Assembly (NCBI RefSeq): GCF_018350175.1 | Contig: NC_058368.1 | Span: 4,712,001 to 4,776,000 of the forward strand | Origin: Felis catus | Lineage: Eukaryota | Direction: 5' to 3' | DNA length: 64,000 nt | In this document: positions 1 through 10,932 of the stretch, one piece after another | Layout of the letters: the number at the start of each line of letters is the position of its first letter | Numbering within the stretch: position 1 is the first letter of the stretch | Made by a program: the position numbers and the translations under genes | The notes under the pieces: generated by a model | What the model was told of the DNA's origin: nothing | The model's input: the letters and a program-made list of their open reading frames with translations, nothing else | Databases searched by the model: none

Positions 1-141
1 GCAACGAGGAAAATCCACAAGCAGATATGACAGACCAGCAGAGAGAGGAACAACAATCGTCCTTTTGTAGTCTTTCAAGAAACTGACTAGCAAGCAGTTC
101 AAAAGCTATTCCAGGCCCAAAGCTATTTCTGGAGAGCCATG
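1..141 (+). other. Candidate first exon ending exactly in a start codon (5' boundary unknown)
   Basis: GAGAGCC-ATG(139-141)|GTAAGT: good Kozak context, consensus donor, in-frame upstream stop at 88-90; no transcript evidence. Confidence 0.35.
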
Positions 142-1013
142 GTAAGTCCTACAGCACATCTGAATCCAGAAACCTAACCAAAGCCTACATTTGCTGCATA
201 CGAACCGTGCACTTCTCAAGGAAGCACTACGAGAAGTTGTTATTCTTCCACATTCAGACTTGTAGAAAACATTTTCATGACTCAAGCAACCTGCATGCAA
301 GTCAAACCCATAAACGCAGAGAGTGCTTTGCAAACTTAACAACACGTTCTCCATCCTTGAGCTGGTGTTTATACAACTCGCTTTATTTTCTGGTTTTATT
401 GAAAAAGATAACAGAGCCATTTTACAGAAGTAACTTATTAGACACCCATCCAAAAAAAAAAGAGAGAGAGTTGACGTCACCATTAACAATGGTTTGAACC
501 AAAATAACTTGCCTAAGATATTAAATAACTGAGGGAAAATGTTTTCGTGTATGCACACATCGGCTTGCAGAACTAACACTTCAGATGGCTGTTGTCCAGA
601 TGACCTCCGCAGTAGCGTTCCGGGAACACGTCAGGGAAGAGAAGCAGGAAGGACCTCAGTGACAGCATCTGTCCTGCTTCCTGGGGGATGCTGTCCTGGG
701 CACCCAGACCTCCAGGAAGTCAGACTTCCTCGTCCATATGTCATCACAGTAGGTAGCCCATCCTGTTAAGTGGCGTCTCTCAGAATGAACTCTACAAGAG
801 CAGAAGTCTAGAAAGCATCCAAGAATACAGCGACAGAGCAACCCAACCAGGAACAGCATAAGAGAGTAAATGCATGGGTGAGAAGCTTCAGCAAGAGCAG
901 AGAAGATGAAACACCGCAGCCAGACACTGAAGAACTTGGGGAGAGAGACTGAGCCCCCAGCCCAATGAGACAGGAAACAGGGAGAGACTGTGGATCAAGA
1001 GTGAGAAAACAGA

Positions 1014-1247
1014 GGGGCGCCTGGGTGGCTCAGTTGGTTAAGCGTCTGACTGCAGCTCAGGTCATGATCTCACGATCAAGTACTCAAGCCCCGCGTCGGG
1101 TTCTGTGCTGACAGCTCACAGCCTGGAGCCTGCTTCGAATTCTGTGTCTCTGTCTCTCTCTGCCCCTCCCCTGCTGATGCTCTGTCTCTCTCTGTCTCTC
1201 TCTGTCTCTCTCTCACCCTCAAAAATGAGTAAAACATTAAAAAAAAA
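1014..1247 (+). mobile_element. Can-SINE (SINEC_Fc)
   Basis: GGGGCGCCTGGGTGGCTCAG head, (CT)n, A-tail; TSD aagagtg(a/g)gaaaacaga. Confidence 0.95.
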
Positions 1248-2250
1248 AAGAGTGGGAAAACAGAGTGTAGGACTGAGGTTATAATAAAGCCACAGTGATT
1301 AAAACAGTATGGGAACAAAAATAGAGACAATCAGACCAACGGGATAAATAAGGAAACCAAAATGGACCCTTGTTTATGTGATAAACTAGGACATGGCAAG
1401 GTGCAGTGTTAGATACTGGTAGGGCAACAGACCACATGTTGGATCTGTAATGAGCTGTGTGTGTTTAACTGATCAGAACATTTAGTTCATTTATTCAACA
1501 CACACTGGCTGTCTTTTATTTTTGGTGCCTGGCACTACACCGGGCGTGGAGATTGCAAAGGTGGATAAGGCACCAGAGGAGAGGCCGGCCTGTCCTCACT
1601 GGTGTCCCGCCATGGAGGTGGCCACAGGTCTATAGGAAAGCACAGTGGGAGGGAATGCAGAAAGGTAGGCGTGCTGCTGTCTTAAATGAGAGCGTCCTGG
1701 AGGCCAAGGAGAGAAGTATAACCCACCATATGAACTGCTGCTTCCAAGGAATGTTAGAGAAGACCCAAGAACTACCACTTACCAAGCCTTCAAGGACCAG
1801 AAATAATTCGAAACGATCTAGAGAATGGAAAAAGTGACAATGCTCCTTGACTAACTGGATATAAATGTCGTAAAACCTTAACAATTTCAAACAAGGACAG
1901 CATAAATGATAAAATCATGAGTCAGTCTGGATTAGGAACATGGAGGCAAAATAGCTGAAATAAGATATTAGCAAATAAATCTCAAAAATGTATTTTGAAA
2001 GCTATCATTATTGTGATAATGTTGTATGGTGACAGATGGGAACTATGTTTGTGGTGAAGGTGGCTTAACGCATAAGCTCGTAGAACCATGATGCTGTGCA
2101 TGCGAAATTAACATAACTGTGTGTCAACAGTGGTTTGGTAAAAAAAAAAATAATGATAATAATAACAATCTATGACCAAGTAGGAGTTGTAATAATAGCT
2201 GCAAATTATAAAATGTAAATGCAATTCACCTCATTAAAAGATAAAGGTCA

Positions 2251-2471
2251 GGGGCGCCTGGGTGGCTCAGTCGGTTGAGCATCCGACTTGGGCTCAGGTC
2301 ATGATCTCGTAGTTTGTGAGCTCAAGCCCTGCATCGGGCTCTGTGCTGACAGCTTGGAGCCTGGAATCTGCTTTGGATTCTGTGTCTCCCTCTCTCTCTC
2401 TGCCACTCCCCACTCATGCTACGTATCTCTCTCCTTCAGATATAAATAAACATGAAAAACATTAAAAAAAA
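2251..2471 (+). mobile_element. Can-SINE
   Basis: Canonical head and tail; TSD aaaagataaagg. Confidence 0.95.
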
Positions 2472-2576
2472 AAAAGATAAAGGGGAAAAAACGTTTCGTT
2501 CATTAAATGCAGCCCAAGTTTTGGAACATTGATTTCACCATAAAAACTATTAGCAAACTAGGAACACAAACACTGT

Positions 2577-2660
2577 TTAATATATATACATATATATTAA
2601 ATATTTATATACATATATATTAAATATTAATATATATTGTTAATATATATTAATATATTT
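2577..2660. repeat. AT-rich low-complexity (TA)n-like tract
   Basis: Direct reading. Confidence 0.8.
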
Positions 2661-2678
2661 TTTAAAGATAAAATATTA

Positions 2679-2910
2679 GGGAATGCCTGGGTGACTCAGC
2701 TGGTTGAGCATCCAACTCTTGATTTGGGCTCAGGTCATGATCTCACAGATCATGAGATCGAGCCCTGCCTCAGGGTCCATGCTGGGTATGGAACCTGCCT
2801 GGGATTTTCTCTCTCTCCCTCTGCTCCTCCCGTGCTCACTCTTGCCCTCTTTCTCCCTCAAAAATTAAATTAAATTAAATTAAATTAAATTAAATTAAAT
2901 TAAATTAAAT
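2679..2910 (+). mobile_element. Can-SINE with (TAAAT)n tail microsatellite
   Basis: Degenerate head gggaatgcctgggtgactcag; pentamer tail ~2864-2910. Confidence 0.9.
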
Positions 2911-3879
2911 GATAAAATTCTAGGAATTTTCCCTTTAAAGAAAATAGAGAACAAAGATACCTTATTGCCACTTGTTTTCAAAATTATACAAGTGATCTAG
3001 CCAGCAGAATAAGACAAGAAGAGGAAAAGAGAGACAATAAAAGTTGAAAAGGAAGAGAAAGCTGCCATTACAGAAAATGATCGTCTAAACCAAAAATACC
3101 AATAAAACAGTGAGATTTACAATATTCCTGGATAGCAAGACTTGATATCACACAGAGGGCAATTTTCTCCCAAATAACCTAAAATTCAGCACAATTTCAA
3201 TCCAAAGGCCAACAGGACATTTTGAGGAAGTTTCTAGGCTCTGAAAATGTACGTAGAAAGTAAAGGACAGAAGACAATTTTGAAAAACCGGTGAGTATGA
3301 CTTGGCTTATTTGAAATGAAGGCTTAGAATAAAGCCACGGTAATAAAACAGCATGGAATCCACACAGAGACAACTAGAGTGATGGAATACATAGACAATC
3401 CAAACGGACCCATGCTTATTAAATTAGTACCTGGCAAGGTGGCAGTAGGACTTTGTAGAAATGATGGACCATCCAATAGCCAATGCTGAGACACTTAGCT
3501 GTCATACGGGGCAAACGGTATCCCTATTTCATACCATAAATAAAAACGATTTTAGCCAAATGACACGACTAAATGTTCAAAACTGAAACTTCTGGATTTT
3601 GAATAAGACAAAGAAAGAAAGCACAAACAATAAAGGAAAAAAATGATAAATTTGAGCACATAAATAATAAAGCGGCAATAAAGTCCCCAGGTAAGGACGG
3701 ATTCCTGGGGTCAAGATCCATGTTGGAGAGAGAAAATAATGAGTACCTGTATTAAGATACTAGCAATCAAGGTGGAAAGGATAAAAGATATTATAGTTGA
3801 TTTTGTTAGAATTAGAAATGTTTTTTTCCCTTGTCTCTTTTCCTATTTTTAATAATAAATAAGGAGTCGAGAATGTGTT

Positions 3880-4094
3880 GGGGCACCTCAGTGGCTCAGT
3901 TGGTTAATCGTCCTAATCTTGATCTCGGCTCAGGTCATGATCTCTGGGTTTGTGAGACCGAGCCTCATGTCAGGCTCTTCACTGACAGCATGGAGCCAGC
4001 TTGGGATTCTCTCCCTCCCTCTCTCTCTGCCCCCCACCCCACTCGTGCACACACTCTCTCTCAAAATAAATAAATAAACTAAAAAAAAAAAAAA
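3880..4094 (+). mobile_element. Can-SINE
   Basis: Head ggggcacctcagtggctcag, CT tract, A-tail. Confidence 0.93.
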
Positions 4095-4299
4095 GAATAG
4101 GCTACAATCACAGATAATACAAACGTATTCCAGTCTTTAGCAGAGGTCCAAAAGTCTTGGTGTTAACCTTACTCGATTCTTCATACCCTTATCTGAAGTT
4201 GCTTATTGACTGAAAAGATCTGCCTTCCTTTGTGTAATCTGCTTTATGGGCTATAAATTATCACTGATTTATCATACATTAAATATTTATTCCTCAAAT

Positions 4300-4420
4300 A
4301 GCGTTTAAGCTCTTCACCAGCAAGGACATCTTTATTTCATTTCTATGTCCTCAGGATCTAGCAAAGTGCTTGGCACAGGGTAGGAGCTCAGTAAAGCCTT
4401 GATAAGTGAATAATAAACAG
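4300..4420 (+). mobile_element. L2 3' end relic
   Basis: tctagcaaagtgcttggcacagggtaggagctcagtaaa resembles the L2 3' terminus. Confidence 0.6.
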
Positions 4421-4949
4421 TCATTTATCCCCAAGCCCTACTTCTCCCCCACCACCCTCTAGGTCTAAGCAAAGTTTAGGCCCAGATCAGGGGGTACCAA
4501 ATCCTCAGGGCTGATGCATTTCAAGAGAAGCAATTAGTCTCTACAGAAGCTCAGGAAAGTCAAGGAGTGTGGAGCTGACCCACAGACTTATTTCAATATT
4601 AAGTGAATTTGGATCTAGTTCCATCAATCCTGGTCCTAACATGCAGTTCACTCCTCGGGTTTGGTCTCACTTTTCCCTTATTCCTATAGATACCATGGGA
4701 TAAAGGGGAATGAAGTCTGATCTAGAACCAGCTTCCTCCTTTCCTTTCCCTCTCCTTGATCAATCTCTCCAGCCTGGCCCAACTGAGAAGGTTCTGGGAG
4801 AGGTAGGCTTAGCCAGCAGAAGAACATGGCTGTGTTGATTCTACATGCTCCCTACCTTTGACTATTCCCTACTTCCGCTGTGGGAACCCAGTACAGGCCA
4901 AGAAACCAGTGCCATTGTTCTCCTATAGCTGGAATGACAGAGTTGACAA

Positions 4950-5420
4950 TAAAGTCAGCAAACGAATAAAATAAGAAGGCATCTTTGCCTATCAAATTAG
5001 CAAGTTTAAAAGTACAATAACATCCAGAGTTGGAAGAAAATTAAAACTAGCATCAAACGGGAGTGATATTTGATCCACATTTTCTGTAAAGCAATTCGGC
5101 AAGGTGTAGCAAAAGCCTTATAAATGTGCAACCCTTGGACTCGGTGATTTCACTTCCAGACGTGCATTTCCAAGGAAATGGCCAGTGATGTTCACAAATG
5201 ATTCTAACAAAGACATTCACTGCAGATTAAATTACTGGAATGAAATTTACAAACAACATGAATGCCCAGTGATGGGGTGCTGATTAAGTAAATTACAGTC
5301 TATCCATATAATGGAATACTATGCAGACATTTAAAAACACAATAACGATGTAGGAAGTACTTCGAAACACGTGGGGAAGTGGGGGGGAAAGAGGCTCTAA
5401 AAGGGCAAGGATAGTGTGAG
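4950..5420 (+). mobile_element. Old LINE-1 (L1M-type) ORF2 3' fragment
   Basis: gcctatcaaattagcaag...gcaattcggcaa...tggaatactatgcagacatt. Confidence 0.6.
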
Positions 5421-6617
5421 CTCTCGTTTTGTAAGTTTCCATAGCTCCCAGCTCCGATCCAATATGGCTGACTGAGGACAGTACCTCAAGTACGCGAACA
5501 AAAGTGGGGGCTCTCATCGGCGGAAGAGGGATTTTAAACATTTCCGGAAGGCAAAGCAAATGCAAGCGTGTTGCTGGTTAAAACTGAGTGGAGTCCACTG
5601 CAGCCCAGAATACTCACAGGAGGGAGCGAGGGAGTGGAGGAGGAGCCATCCTTTCTGGCAAAAGCCCAGGGCAGCTCTGGGCCTGGGGCCAATAGACTTA
5701 CAGAGTGAGGACAAGGAAAGGTGCTGAAAACCAGGAACAGACCGGAAATCGGCCTGCAGAGCCACAGCATGTCTCCCCCAGCCCTGAGTGCTACTGGAAA
5801 GTAGCCAGTATTTACTCCCCGGCTCCAACAGGAGGGTTCTTCTAAAGAAAAATTAGTGAACCATCGAGGGAGACTTCCTGCCCTAAGGGTGCGTGTCTGC
5901 ACAAACCCACCAGAAAGCGAGTCCCTAGATTCACCAGGCCTGACCCCAAAGGCAGGCTCCCTGTTGAGGGCTGTGCCTAACAGAGAGGCAGCGCCCCACA
6001 CCCCAAGCATCTAGAATGATTAACTGAGGCCTTCAGGCTACATCTTACTGAAGGGTCAAGTCCAATGTCGAAGGAACAAGAAATAGAGGCTTCGGTCAGG
6101 GGACAAAGGTGTGAAGGTAACCAATGGAAGGACTGAACACAGAAATGGTTAAAATTGTGAGAAGAGCTAAGGAGAATGCAAATGAATGTCTTTCATACCA
6201 AAACTCAAAATATATCACTTGAATCGATATATTAATGGATCAGGAAATGAACAACAGCAAGCAGCATCTTGTGTAGAGTTATGAGGGTTATCCCCGAAAG
6301 TGCTAACACAGAAATGATTACAAGAGTTTCCTCTTCTCTACTCATGGATATATCTATTTTTTTTTTTACCATGGACATATGCAGCTTCAATAAAATTTTT
6401 TAAATAAATGGAAGAAAGCGTATATAGAGATTATCACTGTGCTTTTGTATTTCTCATGTGAAATTCAGAGACTGGTTAATCTAAAAATGTCAGAGTCCAC
6501 ATCGAGGTACCTTGGGTGAGAGGGTGATTTCTCTCTATGAATTTCCATAAAGACAGCATTGACACCACTTGTTTTTAGTATTTTCCGAGAAAGCCGGCTT
6601 ATTTAAATCAAAGGCTA

Positions 6618-6823
6618 GGGGCCCCTGGGTGGCTCAGCCAGTTAAGCATCCGACTTCGGCTCAGGTCATGATCTCACAGTTTGTGAGTTCGAGCCCCGCG
6701 TCGGGCTCTGTGCTGACGGCTCGGAGCCTGGAGCCTGCTTCGGATTCTGTGTCTCCCTTTCTCTGCCCCTCTTCCGCTCACACCCTGTCTCTCTCTCAAA
6801 AATAAATAAAAAATTTAAAAAAA
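6618..6823 (+). mobile_element. Can-SINE (SINEC_Fc)
   Basis: Canonical body; degenerate TSD ending in gctag. Confidence 0.95.
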
Positions 6824-6967
6824 TGAAAAGCTAGTGCATTCACCTTTGCTTTGTTTCCTTCCTAGGGCCTTAGGTTAGTTGGCTAGTTTTTTTCACTTTG
6901 GTAAACCACTTTCTTGGGACTACACAGTCACGGTTTTGACGGTGAACGTTCCTCTCTCTGCCTACAG

Positions 6968-7015
6968 ATTTCACCGTCGCTACGCATATAGGACATTTTC
7001 ACCGGCATTACCCAG
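6968..7015 (+). other. Candidate 48-nt internal exon
   Basis: Branch-like TTTGAC, ttcctctctctgcctacag acceptor, CAG|GTAAGT donor; two of three frames open. Confidence 0.45.
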
Positions 7016-7393
7016 GTAAGTGGGACTGAACAGAGAGCCAGGGCCTTACAATGTTTCGTTGTGAAAGGGACACTTCAAAGGAGCATCTGAGCGCCAGGTC
7101 ACTTTGTAATCTCATATTTCATTCTCCTCCCTTGCTTAATATATCTGCTTTAATTTCTAGTATTTCCTTCCCCTGATATAGCTGTAAAAGCTTCGCTTAT
7201 TCTCCCCACCACTCTGGCCAAGTGTAAATTTCCCTCCTTCCCCCCTTTTTTTCTGCTTTTATCTTCCCTTCGTGTTTGTGCCTAATCTGAAGGTTCCCAG
7301 AAATATAGTTTTCAGAGAGGAAGTGCAACTAAAATCCTATCAGTCAATTCCTCAAGTGTTCAGGAGGGTCCACGGACATTAGCACGTGGTTAC

Positions 7394-7425
7394 CTTTTGA
7401 ATTCATGGTCCGCTCCACCTGGCAT
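7394..7425 (-). other. Candidate 32-nt exon
   Basis: Minus strand ttcctaaattcattacag|ATGCCAGG...TCAAAAG|gtaacc. Confidence 0.3.
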
Positions 7426-7524
7426 CTGTAATGAATTTAGGAACAAGATTTTGCTTTTGTTGTCTCTTTCTCGACAAGATTACCTATCGTCCCCATTTCT
7501 TTTAGCAGGTTTTGGGTTTGATAC

Positions 7525-7540
7525 CTGCAATGTGGTAGTT
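7525..7540 (-). other. Candidate 16-nt micro-exon
   Basis: Minus strand ccaccttacag|AACTACCACATTGCAG|gtatca; 99-nt gap to next candidate. Confidence 0.2.
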
Positions 7541-7949
7541 CTGTAAGGTGGACATGGCCCTTGCCTTGAACTTGTTTTCTAAGTCTGCTCTGGAGTGACA
7601 GCCAACTCTGTGGGCCCCAGCACCAGGGGACTCCATGTTGGAAACAAACAATTATTGAATTGTTGGTACTCAGACCCGGTGAAACACAATGCGGGTGTTG
7701 TTCTGTGAATGCCACTGGCCGACCGGCTGCGAAATGATCCCCGAACAGGGCTAGTCTGCCGTACGAGTGCTCGACTGAAGTGAGAGAAAGCACAGGAAAC
7801 CAAAAAAGTCTGTCACGATTCCCACCAAACTTCAATGGTGCGACAGTCCACGTTTTCATATACAAAGAAAAGTTGAGTGTCAGGAAAAAATAACGCTTGG
7901 TTTCTAGCAGATGAAAGACACAAGGCAGGAAAGATTTCTATTAGTTGGT

Positions 7950-8304
7950 ATTGACCACAGCCTGGGTGGCTTAAACAACAGAAATCTATTTTCTCACAGT
8001 TCTGGAGGCTAGAAGTTCACGATCAAGGGGTCAGCAGGGTTGGTTTCTCCTGAGGTCTCTGTCCTTGGGCCACCTTCTCTTTATGCCTGAAGATCACGTG
8101 CCTTCCTTCCATGTGTGCCTGTGTCCTAATCTCCTCTTATAAGGACACCAGCCATATTGGATTAGGGCCCATCCTAATGACCTCACCTTAATTTAATTAC
8201 CTCTTTACAGACTTTATTCCAAATACGGTCACATTCTGAGGTACCGGGGATTAGGACTTCAACATATGAATTGGGGGGGGGGGGCCCTAATCCAGCCTGT
8301 AACA
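7950..8304 (-). mobile_element. MLT1B solo LTR (ERVL-MaLR)
   Basis: Reverse complement reads tgtta...aattcatatgttgaagtcctaatcc...cctcagaatgtgaccgtatttgg...tttctgttgtttaagccacccag. Confidence 0.88.
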
Positions 8305-8560
8305 GAGAGCTTTCACGTTCTTTCCATTTCTACCTTTCCATTTCTATTCTCCTAAAACACATTCTCTATCGGCTTATTTTCAGCTCTTATTTCATATGTC
8401 ACCTGTTGCTTTTTCCATTCCTCAACATATAGAGTTTCTACCACGTTCCTTTACCCGGTGCTTGGGGCTGGAGATCCTGCCACTGGGAAAAACCTGACAT
8501 GTAAAAAAAATTGTAACAGGCCAATAAATACCATCATGGAGGTTTAAATGACATCTTGTG

Positions 8561-8779
8561 GGGGCGCCTGGGTGGCGCAGTCGGTTAAGCCTCTGACTCT
8601 TGATTTTGGCTCAGGTCATGATCTCACGGTTTGTGAGTTCAAGGCCCGCATCCAGCTGAGGGTGCAGCGCCTGCTTGGGATTCTGTCTCTCCTTCTCTCT
8701 GCCCCTCCCCTGCTTGTACGTTCGGTCCCGCGTTCTCTCTCAAAATAAATAAATATTTTTAAAAATTAAAAAAAATAAA
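8561..8779 (+). mobile_element. Can-SINE
   Basis: Perfect TSD taaatgacatcttgtg. Confidence 0.95.
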
Positions 8780-9809
8780 TAAATGACATCTTGTGGGCGT
8801 TCAGACCAGTGGTTTCCACCTGGGGGCAAGCAAGTTTGAGCAGAGAAGAAGACAATTAAGAAGCTCTTAAAATAATGAATACGAGTTCATCGGGAAGAAA
8901 AAATGAAGAGAGGACCAGAGAGTACAGAGTATAGAGCATGGGAAGTATGGCACAATCTCGGGTCGTGAGCTGGGGGGTTGAGGATAGGGGGTAAAAAGAA
9001 ATGAAGCCGGAGAGCCAGGCTAAGAAATGAGGACTTCAGGCAAAGAAAACCAACTAATATTTTAAAACATTAATTAATAAATTAATATTAAAATACAGGT
9101 TTCTGAACACCCATGTGCAAAGGACTGTTTTTATGTTACCTAGACATATGCTCAACTGATGTTGCCCTGCCAGCTGGACTTTGAGCTCATCAACGACAGG
9201 ACCTTTACCTAAGACTTTGTCTGTATTCCATATGCCCCTATCGTCATCACTATGAGTGAATGAATGAGTGAAACAAAAAAAGGAATCCTTTTCCTTCTCA
9301 GAAACCATTGTCTCTATGCCCAGTATCTGTCCGTAAAGATCAAGATACTTGCATATGTATGCATCCATGAAACACTTTCCCTTGCCTGTATATTTGAGGA
9401 AGAGTTTTGTAAGGACAGGTAGATTTATGCCTGCTTTAAGAATTTTCATCGAAACCGATTTAAAAATCGGGTAGACTAAATCACGTCTTCATCGTACAGA
9501 CGGAGGGAATGAGGATCTCTTGAAATTAACAGCAAGTGAAATCAACTGCTCATATTTGCCTCACGTGGAACACTCTCCCTACAAAGGTTCCATTCGGTCT
9601 TCACACCACACAACAAAACAAAGCCATCCACCCTCCAGGGGCCTTACCCTCCTGGAATTTTCTCAGCATTTACAGGGACCGTGGACACTCTCTAACAGTT
9701 TCACATAAGTAATTCCCTTTAGAAAATCATTAAAAGTACATGTGTATCCCCCCCTTGTCACCCACAGGGCCTGGCATACAGAAAATAATGATGGAAAACA
9801 CAGTGTATA

Positions 9810-10240
9810 TGGTGTCAAATATTTTATGTATAATTGACTCTTTTGATTCTTACAATAATCTGTGAGGTATGTACCATTATTATCTTTTTTTTAAAGATAT
9901 AAAAACTGAGGGGCACCTGGGTGGCTCAGCTGGTTAAGCATCTGGCTCTCGATCTCAGCTCAGGTCGTGATCTCACGGGTTTGTGAGTTCGAGCCCCACA
10001 TCAGGCTACGTACTGCCAGTGCAGAGCCGGCTTGGGATGCTCTCTCTCCCTCTCTCTTTGTCCCTCCTCTGCTCATGCTCTCTCTCTCTCTCTTTCCCAG
10101 AATAAATAAACCTTAAAAAAAAAAAAGGTGTAAAAACTAAGGCACAAAAACGTCAAGGAACTTGCCCCGAGAGCTATGATGCGTAAGGGGCAGGTGGAAT
10201 TTGAGCGGGGTCTGTCTGCGGAGTCTGAGTCTTGGTTACT
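9810..10240 (-). mobile_element. MIR relic split by a Can-SINE
   Basis: MIR core (aaactgagg...aacttgccc...atttga) on both sides of the SINE. Confidence 0.6.
9910..10125 (+). mobile_element. Can-SINE
   Basis: Canonical head, CT tract and A-tail. Confidence 0.93.
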
Positions 10241-10719
10241 GTTATACTAGTCAAGAAGCTCTCATAAAATTGGTTTATTAATCAATACGTCATCTGAGCT
10301 CCTGGATTATTGATTGGACGGATTCCTCACTCAACTTATTCGGCTGCTGGGTAAGAAGGCAGCAAAGTGCAGGCCTCGTAAGACAGTGCCTGCCAATGCA
10401 TTCCACTGCCTTGCGCCCCAGGGCTCTGTCTCTCCGGCCCAGCTGGACAAGGTCAATAGACCTGTGTGTGTCGCTTGGGGAGGGAAGGGAAGAGACAATG
10501 TCCTGCTTTCTTCTCCTTACGCAGCAGCAGGCACATCGCCAAAAAGCTTTGGTTTTTATAAACATGGCTCAAAGAGAATATAAATTGAGCATGGTGGTTA
10601 TGATCATGTTTTAATTTTTTTCTAAAACTGTGAAGGATCAATATAGTTCATAATAATAGCTGCCATTAAATGAAACCCTAAGGCAGGCACTGGGCCAAGT
10701 GCTATGTTGCATGGTCTCA

Positions 10720-10932
10720 TTTTTTTTATATGTTTATTTATTTATTTGGGAAGAGAGAGAGCGCGCACGTGTGCGGCGCATGGGGGAGGGGGAGAGAGAG
10801 AGGGAGAGTCACAAGCAGGGTCCTGCTCAGCACGGAGCCCCCACATGGGGCTTGATCCCACTACCAGGAGATCACGACCCGAGCCAATATCAAGAGTCAG
10901 ATGCTCAACTCACTGAACCACCCAGGTGCCCC
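10720..10932 (-). mobile_element. Can-SINE (older) within a MIR relic
   Basis: T-tract, GA tract, ends actgaaccacccaggtgcccc. Confidence 0.9.

Larger units (their letters stand above)
1275..3680 (+). mobile_element. Ancient fragmented LINE-1 ORF2 remnants, interrupted by an L2 piece (~1480-1700), a carnivore L1 3' end (~2010-2150) and SINEs
   Basis: A-rich L1-like segments (aataaagccacagtgattaaaacagtatgg; aaaattcagcacaatttcaatccaaa); no intact ORF. Confidence 0.6.

Noticed and set aside
106..579. 157-aa minus-strand ORF
   Set aside because: No recognisable domain, crosses an A/GA low-complexity tract; consistent with chance
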